A stretch of DNA of 64,000 nucleotides from Veleropilina oligotropha (lineage: Eukaryota): NCBI GenBank assembly GCA_048128005.1, contig JBEUKZ010000115.1, forward strand, positions 248,001 to 312,000. Direction: 5' to 3'. Shown one piece after another: positions 20,701 to 32,561 of the stretch. The notes under the pieces are model-generated. The model had not been told where the DNA came from. It made no database searches and worked only from the letters and a program-made list of their open reading frames with translations. Position numbers and translations under genes: made by a program. The number at the start of each line of letters is the position of its first letter. The stretch's first letter is position 1.

Positions 20701-22777
20701 AGGGGTTGCCGGCGCTCGCGACGAGCCCTGTTGCACGCTTCCGCCGGTGGGAGCGTGTCTGTTAGAGTACAGCCTGTCCTGGCTAGAAATGACAGAGGAC
20801 AACTGGGTTCACTCAGTCGTGAGTGCCGGATACATGTTGGCATTCGACCGGCATCCAACCCTAGACGCGACACCACCACCAGGACGCGCTCGTCTCCTGA
20901 TAAGAGAAAAACAAGCCGTCCTAGACCAGGCAGTGCGGGACTTACTCTCAAAAAGAGCGATTTATCCCGCGCCGCCCAGCACACCAGGATATTACAGCCA
21001 CTTTTTCCTGGTCCCGAAATCCGATGGCCGTTGGCGACCGATCCTCGATCTGTCATTCCTCAACCAGTATCTTCGTACCGAGAAGTTCAAGCAAGAAACG
21101 CTCTCGAAGATACGAACGGCCATCCGTCCGGGCGACTGGGCAGCGTCTATCGACTTGACCGATGCGTACCTACACGTTCCGATGCACGTCTCGGCTCACC
21201 GGTACCTACGGTTTGTTCACGGGGGAACGGTCTACCAATTCAGGTGTCTACCGTTCGGTCTATCGTCAGCCCCGTACGTCTTCACGCGGGTAGTACAGGC
21301 TCTCGGGGCCTTCCTACACTCGCAAGGGCACAGAGTACACATGTACCTCGACGACTGGTTGATTCTCGGGGCGTCCCGGGATCAGTGCCTCCAGTCTATG
21401 AGCGTTGCCCTGTCATCGGCGAAGCGCATAGGATTACAGATCAACAACGAGAAATCCTGCTTCGTGCCCTCGACGACGTTTACATTTCTAGGGGTCGAAT
21501 TCGACACGGTCCGGTACACCGCGAAACCGACTCAGAAACGTATAGAGAACCTACGCGCAGTTATACTGACAACGAAGTCTTCACGGATAACTACAGCGCG
21601 ACGACTGGCCACTGTCCTAGGGCACATCGAGTCGGTAGCTCCCCTGTTACCGACGGGTCGCATGGACAAGCGACCGTTGCAGCAGGCCTTCAAGGACCGC
21701 TGGATACAACGTACGGGACAGTGGACGGATCGCATCGATCTACGGCATTGGTTCACTCGCATGACAGCAGTGTGGCTGAACACTACCCTGCCGAGTCAGT
21801 CGGTTCCGATATCCCCCCCAGACCCGAACGCCTACCTCTTCACGGACGCGTCAAACGAGGGCTGGGGAGGTCACCTCGACAGTCACGAGACATCGGGCCT
21901 ATGGCCGACGGACCTTCAGGGACGACACATCAACTTCCTAGAGTTAGAAGCCGTCTACCTGTCAGTACGGTCCCTCTCGTCACATCTCCGCAACAAGCAC
22001 ATACTGCTAGCAACGGACAACACGACTGTCGTCGCTTACATTCAGCACCAGGGCGGCACTCGCTCCCGTCCACTTTGCGACCGAGCGATCGACCTACACC
22101 GCCTAGTGATGTCACTCAACTCTACAATTCGAGCCCGACACATCCCGGGGAAGCTGAATGTCAGAGCGGATACGCTCTCACGGAAAACACAGATAATACA
22201 CACAGAGTGGACGCTACACGCCCGTGTAGCCCGAGATGTTTGTCGCCTGTGGTCGCAGCCTCAAGTCGATCTATTCGCAACCGAATACAATCACCGACTC
22301 CCTCTCTATTTGTCTCCTTACCCGGACCCGGCCGCTATAGCGGTCGACGCTCTTTCAATGACATGGGAGAATCTGATCGCCTACGCCTTTCCGCCGTCGT
22401 GCATGTTGCCACAAGTACTACGGAAAGCAACACGCGAAGACTGCGAGTTGATGCTAATAGCACCCTTACAACGCACGCAGTCCTGGTTTCCGACACTTCT
22501 GGATCTACTCATCGATCAGCCACTTGCGCTCCCGCAGATGACAGACCTGTTATCGCAACCGCGCAGTCGGGTTCTACACCCGTCGGCGAACGAGTTTCAC
22601 TTTCACGCCTGGCGACTATCGAGAGATCGCTCATTAAGAAAGGATTTTCTAGAGCGACAGCCCAGCGCATCTACCGATCTAGAAGGCAATCTACAACAAA
22701 GTTATACGACTACCGATGGAAGAAATTTGTGGATTGGTGTCGCGGGCGGCAAGTCAATATATTCCGCCCCCCTGTGA
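20597..22777 (+). CDS. DIRS-2 pol (RT, RNase H, MT-like), uninterrupted
   Basis: Same motifs and same length (726 aa) as DIRS-1 pol. Confidence 0.95.
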   Translation: MPNLRIVGLLRPRNLLRRRHLRRNPVRAGEGSRGLGVAGARDEPCCTLPPVGACLLEYSLSWLEMTEDNWVHSVVSAGYMLAFDRHPTLDATPPPGRARLLIREKQAVLDQAVRDLLSKRAIYPAPPSTPGYYSHFFLVPKSDGRWRPILDLSFLNQYLRTEKFKQETLSKIRTAIRPGDWAASIDLTDAYLHVPMHVSAHRYLRFVHGGTVYQFRCLPFGLSSAPYVFTRVVQALGAFLHSQGHRVHMYLDDWLILGASRDQCLQSMSVALSSAKRIGLQINNEKSCFVPSTTFTFLGVEFDTVRYTAKPTQKRIENLRAVILTTKSSRITTARRLATVLGHIESVAPLLPTGRMDKRPLQQAFKDRWIQRTGQWTDRIDLRHWFTRMTAVWLNTTLPSQSVPISPPDPNAYLFTDASNEGWGGHLDSHETSGLWPTDLQGRHINFLELEAVYLSVRSLSSHLRNKHILLATDNTTVVAYIQHQGGTRSRPLCDRAIDLHRLVMSLNSTIRARHIPGKLNVRADTLSRKTQIIHTEWTLHARVARDVCRLWSQPQVDLFATEYNHRLPLYLSPYPDPAAIAVDALSMTWENLIAYAFPPSCMLPQVLRKATREDCELMLIAPLQRTQSWFPTLLDLLIDQPLALPQMTDLLSQPRSRVLHPSANEFHFHAWRLSRDRSLRKDFLERQPSASTDLEGNLQQSYTTTDGRNLWIGVAGGKSIYSAPL

Positions 22778-23689
22778 CAAAATTTATCGAGTTTTTGTCG
22801 TCGTTGCTCGAACGTGGAATGTCCATTTCCGCTGTCAAAGGCTACCGATCATGCGTAGCAACGACGTTACGACAATGCCGCGAGCACACCCGCTTGTCTA
22901 CCGACAAGACAATATCGGATTTTATACGCTCCTACCAACTTGAACGACCCGCTCAGCAGGTGCGGCCGCCTGCGTGGAATATCATGTTGATTCTCAATGC
23001 TTTACTTAGATGCCCGTTCGAACCTATGAGTGAATGCTCCCTCAAAAATCTCACTTATAAGACCGTATTACTTACCGCTCTCGCCACCGGTAACCGGGCA
23101 TCGGAGATACACGTATTATCCGGAGAGCTGCGAGATATACACTTCCACACCGATGGGTCGGTGACGCTGCATACTGTCCTTGGCTTCCTAGCGAAGACCC
23201 AACGACCTGAAGATATCTGTCCCGAGGTTTGTATCCGTAACCTCGCCATGTTGGATAGAGACGATATCGACCGGCTGAACTGCCCCGTTCGTGCGCTGAG
23301 ATTCTACCTGGACCGGACCCGTGACTTACGGCATGGCAAAAAGCGTTTATTCATAAGCCACATGCCCCAATTCAACCGCGACATTCGCAAGTCGACTATC
23401 ACGTTGGATAGTCTGTGTTGTAAAAGAAATTTACAAGCGGTCCGACGAGCCAGATCGAAATCTCGTTTCAATTCATGCGCATGAAACACGGGCCTTAGCG
23501 ACCTCATTGGCCTTCAAGTATAATTTAAATATCAATGCAATCTTGAAGGCTGGTTACTGGAAGAGTGCTAATACCTTTGTTCGCTTTTACCTGCGTGATT
23601 ACGCAACCACAGCATCTGGCGAACATAGAATTTCCTTTGTCGCAGCAAATCAGCAATGTATTAGAGGATCTAGGTCATCCTTTCAGTGA
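20701..23689 (+). pseudogene. DIRS-2 tyrosine recombinase ORF, frameshifted near 23400
   Basis: GNRASEI and CPVRALRFYL in ORF 19792-23484. AHETRA, GYW and FVRFYL lie in the frame ending at 23689. Confidence 0.88.
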
Positions 23690-26600
23690 ATGGTTAAACT
23701 TTAAAAAGGATTATTACCAGGGAACTGAGGTAATGTAATGTATTTCTATTTGTTTACATTGTAACACTTAGAATATACTCCAATGTTATTTCTTTTCTTA
23801 AATCATTAAGAAATTGAAATTATCTAGTCATAACTGAGTTGATATGACATTAATGCTCACATTGGATGCAAACATTTTCATTACGAAATCTTAAAAATGT
23901 TTTTTGTAAATAATATTATTTTTAAAAATGTTCTACTTGCTGTCGCAGAACATTTCAATGTCTTACATTGAAAATTTTAATATTATTCCATACTTAAAAT
24001 TATTTAAGTAACATGTTATCATGTTGACATTTTGCAAGATAGACATGCAAATTTTTTTATTGATTCAAGATGAAGAACTCTTCAATCTATCAATGATTGT
24101 CAAGGTTTTTATTATAGCACAACCTGTCTAGGTTCGGGTGCCTCTAAAAACCTCGTCTGCAGTTTTCTGTCTGCCGACCTTTGAGTCCGGAATATTCAGA
24201 TCACTGTTTTTGCCCATGACACGAGTGCCTCAAGGTATACCTTCCGCACGGTGTCCGGAGCTACATGCACTTTCGTGTTACCTGTCCGACTAACATCCCT
24301 GGCGTGTTTTCCCAGATTTCTTGGTCGAAATCTCACCCCTGGGTAAGAGTGGATTTGATGCTCAGTAAAATCCACTCTGAGCGGACTCGATCTCAACGCT
24401 AAAAGCGTCGTCTTCTGGTAACAAGTAAGTTTTAATTTTGGTATATGGAACTTATAACTCCGCCAACCAAAGTTATTCTTGGCATTAGTAAGGACTTAAG
24501 TATATTTGATATAGATAGGAGGATTAAGAGTAATCCCCTTGTATCTATAATAATATACTTACGTCCTTACCCACTTGGCCCACCCTGCTTCGCACCTCCC
24601 CTCTTATATAAGTTCTTTGCCTTGGGGTTTGCTAAAACTTCGGATGAGGTCATGACCTTTTGGTCGCGAGGATCTCGCGGGAGTTGGCGAGCTCTTTATT
24701 AGGCATGAACTTGAGGAGGTCGAGCAGGTCAGTGGGTCAACTGGGTTAAATTTACTAAAAAGTGCGAAAATTACCATTTCCACCTTGTCCGGATTTAGCG
24801 ATAATAGGCTTATTATGGCATTAGTAAGGACGTAAGTATATTATTATAGATACAAGGGGATTACTCTTAATCCTCCTATTTTGCGCATTTCAAATAAAAT
24901 CATCGCTAAACGCTATCAAATCATGGCAAATACGTTACATATACCTAAATATGCACAAATAAATACGTATTTCACCATATTAAATATATATTTTGCGAAT
25001 TCCAACGTGGATTTGAGTAAATCGTGCCCCCCCTCCCCCCATCTATCAACGATGATGTTACTCCTTCATGAGAATCCGAATGCTATGCTGAATTACCTTT
25101 AGACCAGTCGCTACCTGGCACTAGCATACTAAATACTACTTATGCCATCCATGATAACAAGGCATCCATTGACAACGATCAAGTTGGTAATTTCGATATT
25201 GGATGCACTCGAATACTCCATCGCGTTCATACGACGAAGATGAGTCGTTTACGCCGTCTATGGATAACGTATTCAACGTACGTATCCCCTGCCAAATCTT
25301 CATTCGATGACGTGTCCCCTGTCGATTCTTCAGACGGCAGTTCATCAGAGGATGAACTACATATATTATAACTATTTTTTTCATAGTTTAGATATATAAT
25401 TTGTATTTATATTTTGATCCAATGTTTGTTTTTATATAACGTAAATTGCCTAAATTTTGTCATCAAAGTTATATGTTTTGTGTATTTTTAAAAAATAACT
25501 ATGTTAACTAATAATTTTATGTATACATATTTTAAATAAGCTCGATCAGCGTCAATTTTAGATCCAATCCAATAAAATACTATTATAATCCTAAAATAAT
25601 GCGTTCTGTCATTTGGGTGATTTACTAGCTATATATATATAAAGGTAATTCAGCGTAGCATTCAGGTTCTCGTGAAGGAGTAACATCATCGTTGATAGAT
25701 GGGGGAGGGGGGGGGGGGCACGATTTACGTATATATTTGTGCATATTTAGGTATATTATATTATTATTATTATATGTAGGCTAACGTACGTATTTGCCAT
25801 GATTTGATAGTGTTTAGCGATAATTTTATTTTTTGAAATGCGCAAAATATCGTACAGTACGCAAGTTACGGAAATCTGATGTGAATCGCGTGTGTGGTTG
25901 AATGGACCAAATCTATATTTCTTATGCCTTAATAAGTTAATAAGTAGTTATTTGTGAATATTTAGGTATATGTAATTTATTTGTGTTGCTTTCATGGTGT
26001 TTAGTGGTGATTTTATACAAAAAGCGCAAAATATCATACAATGCTCAAGTTCATGGAAATCCGATTTGATTTGAATGGACATATCTATATTTCATTTGTC
26101 AAAATAAGTAGTCATTTTTTATATTTAGTTATATATATGTAATATATTTGCGTTACTTTATGGTGTTTAATGGTGATTTAATGTATGAGTAAATTACTGT
26201 AATCCGCAAAATATCTTAGGCCTATGCTACAATATGCGTCTCTAAGCATAATTAGTTTTCAACTCCAACAGAGTTTTGGACGCATATTTACTGCCATCCA
26301 TCGTAAATAAATAAAATGTAAATATTTGGAATATTTTAGTTGACACGATGTTAACACAAAACGACCAACAGAGCTAATGTAGCATTGGTCTCGAACCGGA
26401 TAACCTACATCCCAGTGGCGCCATCTGTCGGATTAGTTCCGCCGGTTCCTCATTGACATGTCCGCTCGATAATGCGAGCAATTTTTAATCAATCTTCACC
26501 AGACTTGGTAAAGATGTTTGTAGCGATAATATCTAGGTCAAGTTCGATAGCCAGCATCATCGCACCGTTAGAACTAGAGTTATCCCCTTGAAATATAACT

Positions 26601-27365
26601 TAGAAGTTTGAATATGCCTTAAAGTATTGAGCATTATGCGTTAACATTCTTTCTTTGAATACAAATAGTTTTGCATACTAATATAAATATTATGTGTGTA
26701 CAATGGTATATGACATGTGCTTATCTGTAAGACTTGCTCACTGGCAATAGGCACAGTAAGCTGTTAAGCTTAATGGTCAGTCTGTGAAGCTGCGATTTTT
26801 AAAATCGGAAATTAAACTGATTTTGAAAACTGACCATCCCATTGGTGTCTTGAAATGGCAGTATATGTTGCCATTATACAAGGTCAGAATGTATCCAGTG
26901 TCTAATGTCGCTCTGGTCAACTGGTTAAGGTCCAAGTTATCAGGTAATATGGCTCTTGAATTAGGTAAATTATGCAAAATTGACTTTGTCCAGAGTCTGA
27001 TTGCCAGTGATTGGCGACTCTAGCAAATTTCATCCATCATTCACGACATTTGTTCATGTGAAAATGTTTCATTATTTTGCAAACAATTTGCTCATGACAT
27101 CAATAGAACATTGAGACAGGCGTATATTGTGACCTGGGCACCCTTGTTAAGTTTGTTATCCTGAGGCGGCGAGTTTGATACGTACATACATATCAAACAT
27201 ATCTAGGATTTGATCTATGGATGACTTCTACATCACGTGTTTTCATAAGAATTATAGGTAGTATGAACACTATCGTATAACACCGCCTGACGGCACTGTC
27301 TCACTCCCCGTTGCAGACACAATAGAGCATCGAACATGCCATGTATGTTTCCTCTCTTTTTGCAG

Positions 27366-27535
27366 TCTTTAATGCCATTGTGCGTCTATGCCTGTCGTCA
27401 GTGGTGCCATCTCTGAATAAAATTCTTCAAATCCATCCACAGTCGGAACTCAAGAAACCCACGTTTCCATCGCACAATAAAAGATGGAAGAAGGTCCGTC
27501 TGGACGCTAAATCATATCTCGCTGATTTATTGAAG
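27366..27535 (+). CDS. NOC2L: NOC2L-like internal exon (VFNAIVRLCL...KSYLADLLK)
   Basis: Bounded by ttgcAG and AAG|gtaaa. Translation resembles the NOC2L segment FNALVTFC...WGKLRVDIKAYL (recalled, not searched). Phase 0 end joins the next exon. Confidence 0.88.
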
Positions 27536-27850
27536 GTAAATTGTATAGTGCTATTCTTTCTGCTCGAAATTTATGAATTCTATAACGTTACCAAATAATA
27601 AACAGATCTATAAAATATTTGTAACAAATTATTCTGGATTTCTGGTCATTTTCCTACATTTTTCATTTTGTTGTATGGTCATATTTCATATCTGACATTT
27701 GCTAGATATACTTTACTTCTTCAATACAAAATTCCTAAATTGCTACTTTGTTAATGATACTTTTAATATATTTACAAAGGGTATGTTTAAAATTTAGTAA
27801 ATTATTTCTATTAAATCTTGTATTAAATTGATTTTTACCGTTTTTGTTAG

Positions 27851-28145
27851 ATGTCATTTTGACGTTGCCGTCTGCTCGGTTTATGTTTTAACATTGCTGT
27901 CTGCTTGTTTCATGTTTTGACGTTGTCGTCTTCTTGCTTCATGTTTTGACGTTGTCGTTTGCTTGTTTCATGTCTTGACATTGTCGTCTTCTTGCTTCAT
28001 GTTTTGACGTTGTTGTTTGCTTGTTTCATGTGTTGACGTTGTCGTCTGCTTGTTTCATGTTTTTGACATTGTCGTCTGCTTGTTTCATGTTTTGACATTG
28101 TCGTCTGCTTGTTTCATGTTTTGACATTGTCGTCTGCTTGGTTTC
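27851..28145 (+). repeat. 29-30 bp minisatellite abutting a splice acceptor
   Basis: About 10 copies of GTTTTGACRTTGTCGTCTGCTTGTTTCAT. Confidence 0.9.
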
Positions 28146-28147
28146 AG

Positions 28148-28258
28148 CTGCTGCAGCGCCTGTCTGAGGTGGCAATGATTAACGTCATCATGAGGCAGGT
28201 TCACCAGCTAGTGCCGTTCTACGCCACATTTCCCAAGCTCTCCAAGCTTATGATTAAG
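28148..28258 (+). CDS. NOC2L: NOC2L-like exon (LLQRLSEVAMINVIMRQVHQLVPFYATFPKLSKLMIK)
   Basis: tttcAG acceptor and AAG|gtaaa donor; 111 nt in frame; resembles LVSCLSE...LVPCFLTFPK of NOC2L. Confidence 0.9.
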
Positions 28259-28952
28259 GTAAATTTTGTCATTGTTCTGTTACATGGTAAAATTTTAAGA
28301 GAAATAAAATGTTATTATTCGGAGCCAACTAATCATGAATATATCATAGGCTACCCATTGTCATAATGTCGCATCAAAACTAAAAAACAACAATTTTGAC
28401 AATATCATCATGAAGGGGGTGGTGGCAATGCACGGATTGCTGATATTTCTCTTTTATGACTGAAGGAAACATCATCATCTTTGAATGACGGACAAATCAA
28501 TAACTCTGTTTGCATTCATCACACTGGCCATTTGTTCAAATTTAACAATTAAAAAGTATTGTTAAATGCATTCTACTTTCTGTATGTACAGAATATTATA
28601 TTCTGTTATTTCTTTGAAGTGTACATATTTTGTTCCATTTAATACTATCTTTTGAATGACCTTAGAAACGTTTCATATGTTGCATACATATTTTACAGTG
28701 GTGTAGGCACTCTAGTTGCTTCGTGGGCAAGAGTGTTGCTCCCAATTCACGCATACTGACTGCACGCGAGTCTCAGATGTTGATTTTTATTATAGACCGG
28801 TCGAAGACTTATAGAGTTACGCCTCATATTGGCCGTTAGCTGACCGGGGCAGGCAACTTTTCATGGATATCCATGATTTTCGATCATCCAAATATGGATA
28901 TGTTCATGTACCCTAAATATTAATTGGCCATTCAACACCAATCCAACTGACC

Positions 28953-29098
28953 AATCGCGGCGATGTACACATGATCGCGGTGATGTACACCTGATCACGG
29001 TGATGTACACTTGATCGCAGTGATGTACACCTGATGGCGGTGATGTACATCTATTCGCGGTGATGTACACCTATTCGCGGTGATGTACACCTGATCGT
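28953..29098. repeat. 20-bp minisatellite
   Basis: About 7 copies of GATCGCGGTGATGTACACCT. Confidence 0.9.
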
Positions 29099-29126
29099 GT
29101 TCACGTCATGCTGGTTTACGTTTCAG

Positions 29127-29240
29127 CGGATGATTATCCTCTGGAGTACGTCCGACGAGACCACCCGGGTTCTGGCGTTGCTGTGCATCAGTAAGCTCCT
29201 ACGCATGCTGCAGGAGAAGTTCCTTGAACCGTGCATCAAG
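29127..29240 (+). CDS. NOC2L: NOC2L-like exon (RMIILWSTSDETTRVLALLCISKLLRMLQEKFLEPCIK)
   Basis: tttcAG acceptor and AAG|gtgag donor; 114 nt; resembles RMVIVWSTGEESLRVLAFL. Not in the ORF track, translated by hand. Confidence 0.92.
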
Positions 29241-29352
29241 GTGAGACACCTCGTTGTTGGTGACTTTTAAAGATAACACATTGTAGAGATTTCATACCAG
29301 AATATCATGCCAAGATATCATTAGTTTCAATTTTGCATTTCATATCGGAATA

Positions 29353-29502
29353 TTATCTGTCATTGCGCTGTCAGACGAGTTTTACCTGTCATTGCGCTGT
29401 CAGACGAGTTTTACCTGTCATTGCGCTGTCAGACGAGTTTTACCTGTCATTGCGCTGTCAGACGAGTTTTACCTGTCATTGCGCTGTCAGACGAGTTTTA
29501 CC
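29353..29502. repeat. 30-bp minisatellite
   Basis: About 5 copies of TTACCTGTCATTGCGCTGTCAGACGAGTTT. Confidence 0.92.
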
Positions 29503-30154
29503 GTTTTTGGTGAGGTATATGCGGTAAATTATTGGATGCAATCCAATGTTCTGTTGTCCGTGCTTATGGTTTAAATGGCATACCAGTATTCATCTATGTT
29601 GTGTATGAATAGTCAATTTGGTACTGACTCGTAATATTCATGTATATTACATACAATAGATTTCAAACGTCTCATTTATATATTGCCCATGCTTCAGATT
29701 TAGAACATTTAATTTCTCTATGCCCAACATTCATGCCAGGCCGCTAGGAGTATTCCACAGCTAATCCAAGATTCTGACTGGCTTATTCTCATTTCAGAGG
29801 CGAAACCATTGGCGGTAGCCAAAATGAATTAAAAATAACTAAATAATATATTTTAACAGTAAAACTATGCCGATAACAATGCGATGATACAAGGTGGAGT
29901 GTGAATAGTGCCTAGTTCAACTGTCTGGACCAAATAACCAAAGAAGATCGTCAGTACGCCGGAAACAGTCCATTTCTTCATTAATGGCTGATTCCAATCT
30001 CTACGAATCGGATTTAATAATACAAGTTGACCTGTATTATACTAGTCTAAATTTCCAAAATAATGTAGTGTCAAATTGTTTTTCACATTTTACTTGTGCT
30101 GAAAACTGTTCACGGCTTTGAAATGTCTTGTTATCAATTTCGGCTTTTTTTCAG

Positions 30155-30343
30155 AACATGTACACGTCGTACGTGCAGAACTGCAAGTTTACGTCGGCTA
30201 CGTCGCTGCCACTCATTAACTTCATGCAGCGCTCGCTGGTGGAGATCCTGAGCCTCGACGTTAACATGGCATACCAACATGCGTTCCTCTACATCCGCCA
30301 ACTCGCCATCCATCTCCGCAACGCAATCACCATCAAGAAAAAG
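30155..30343 (+). CDS. NOC2L: NOC2L-like exon ([14 protein letters not shown]...[25 protein letters not shown])
   Basis: Contains the highly conserved Noc2 motif [18 protein letters not shown]; ttcAG acceptor and AAG|gtacc donor; 189 nt. Confidence 0.96.
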
Positions 30344-30911
30344 GTACCACACAGATATATGCAGGAAAAATATACTAGTATGTGATATATGTATATATGC
30401 AAGCCTAGGTTTGTTAAGATATATAAAAGGGTTTAAGTCACGAATTGTGGTATTTTTCAAGGTTCATGTAATGTAATATCAGCTTGATCAAACCATAGAA
30501 CATTTTAAACTTTTTTGATGAGTCTTTATCTTCTGCAACATTATAAGCATACTTCACAAACTTTACTTTATAGCTAGGAGTGACTCACAAGCCAATTCAA
30601 AGAGCATACCGATGACTCCATCATAACTTGATTAAAAGAACGTGAGTGACGCTCTTTTAATCAAATCTAGTCATCCAAACATCGGGGCATTCATTTTTTA
30701 ACGACTTATGGGTTCACACTTTCTACATATTAATAGTGAAACCAGACCCCAGGTCTCTGCTTGCATTCTACAATCTGCTTTGTTGATCAATTAAGTGTTA
30801 CTTGACCTATAATAGTTTCTATCTTGTTTGCGTTTGCCTTTATTTGTTCAGGAATGATCTAATCCATAGTCGTATGACAGGTGTCAATTAAACATGAAAT
30901 ACATTTTGTAG

Positions 30912-31051
30912 GAAAATTGCCAAGCTGTGTATAACTGGCAGTACATGCACAGTCTGGGGCTCTGGGTCCGCCTCCTCTGCAACACGCATCCTAACGAGGT
31001 GCTCGGCGACCTGATATACCCGCTGACTCAGACGATCATCGGCACACTCAA
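30912..31051 (+). CDS. NOC2L: NOC2L-like exon (ENCQAVYNWQYMHSLGLWVRLL...LIYPLTQTIIGTLK)
   Basis: VYNWQY and YPL.Q.IIG motifs; tgtAG acceptor and AA|gtaag donor; 140 nt, ends in phase 2. Confidence 0.95.
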
Positions 31052-32561
31052 GTAAGGGGAGGCAACTCTGTCAACCACGTTCTAACTCTCATTGCCACGC
31101 TCTGCCAGTTCTTGTGAATCACTGATAAGCACTGACCATTGTTGGATTGTTGACTATGCCAGAAACTGGCCAGATGCTGTACCCAAGACCGTCTGATCAG
31201 ATACAGATGTTAAAATGGGGTCCCATTATAATTTGATTGAAAATTAGTTTAAATATGGTCAGAACACTGACCGATTCAGATCAAATCAATCACCATTACA
31301 AACGAGCTGGTCTAATGCTGTAATAATATGGTATTGTCTATGTTAACTGCTATGGTAATTCTGGACTTGTTTGTATACACTAGATTGACGTCTTACAGAC
31401 GATAAGCGCTGATAATGTACCTTTTCATATATTTGGAAGCTAATGATTATGAAAGTTGAGTCAGTAATAGACATTAGACTGAAACATGCATCAAAATGTG
31501 TTAAAACAATTCAGCTGTAAAATATTTTCTCATCAAATTGAATTTTTGTGATACAGTGGATTCCGCTTATTTGCATAGCGAGATTGTCGCGATTATTTAT
31601 GCAATTAAGCGGATTATGCGTTTAACCGTTACATAAATTTCGGAAAGTTTTTCGCCGGAAATCATCCATGATAATTACTTGTATTTAAATGGTTCTTTAT
31701 TATAAATATATGTCCTGGTAATAAATTTATTTGCAAAGGAGAATTTTCGTAATGTTTTTTTCTTTCCATGAATATGGATTGTATACACAATATTTTGTGG
31801 TTATTCTGACCTGTTTCAGTAGAATTGATATATAGTTTACTATGGTGTGGAAATTCATATTCTGAACGTTTCTCTTCTGCTGAACACGTGTCGCGTTATC
31901 GGCCGCCATGTTGAAAATTTAGCCCTATGTTTTAATCTCTAATCGATTTGTTTTTACAATTATTGAATAATTAGGGCCCCGCAGGGAGGCCTATAGTGAT
32001 CACCTTTTCCGTCCGTCCGTGCGTCCCAGCATTAAGGTCCCAGGTTAAAGTTTCTTTTGCCCAATCTTCAAGTTAATGTTCCAGGTTAAATGTTCATTTG
32101 CCCAATTTTAAGACACTTTTGACTTTTAAAGAGATTTTAATGTTATTGTGATTTTCATATTTTATTTAATTATTATTTTAAAAGGAAATATAACTTTATT
32201 GAATTTCGACCACTTGTCTCTGTCAGCCTTGCTCTAGGCTTGTAGTGTATACTACAGGCACAGTAAGCAGTGAGACTTAAGGTGACAGTTTGTGAGGCTT
32301 TATACTTGTAAACACCTCACAAAAAGAAAGTTCCCCCCTAAATAATTCATCATAATTTCTAAATTAACAATTTCCTCATAATCACACCCAGCATTGAAGA
32401 TACCTATGGTATTTAGGTTTATGTTGTATGAAGAATGGTGTCATCCATGATTTCATGGCTGACTGACCACGAATTGAATCAAAATTATCCCATTTTAAAA
32501 TTCACATGTGAAGGTTGTGTGACCAGCCACATCAAGTATAATTGTGTAGGCCACTTCAAAT

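Larger units (their letters stand above)
13538..24879 (+). mobile_element. DIRS-2: full-length DIRS retrotransposon with a 3.9-kb DNA transposon insertion in its 5' leader
   Basis: ITRs at about 13550-13757 and 24635-24842; ICR about 24480-24570; TAT at both ends; gag (broken at about 19718), pol, and YR (frameshift near 23400). Confidence 0.96.
13241..26238. repeat. Long inverted repeat (foldback-like); left arm split by DIRS-2
   Basis: Left arm about 13241-13540 plus 24880-25100 is the diverged reverse complement of about 25641-26238. Loop about 25101-25640. Confidence 0.8.
492..26451 (+). mobile_element. ISL2EU/PIF-Harbinger-like DNA transposon relic (THAP), host of multiple nested insertions
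   Basis: TIR GAGGAACTGGC (492-502) and GCCGGTTCCTC (26441-26451), both flanked by AT. Symmetric subterminal CCGnnAGATGkCGC motifs. THAP remnant just inside the left end. Removing the element rejoins one flanking repeat unit. Confidence 0.62.
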
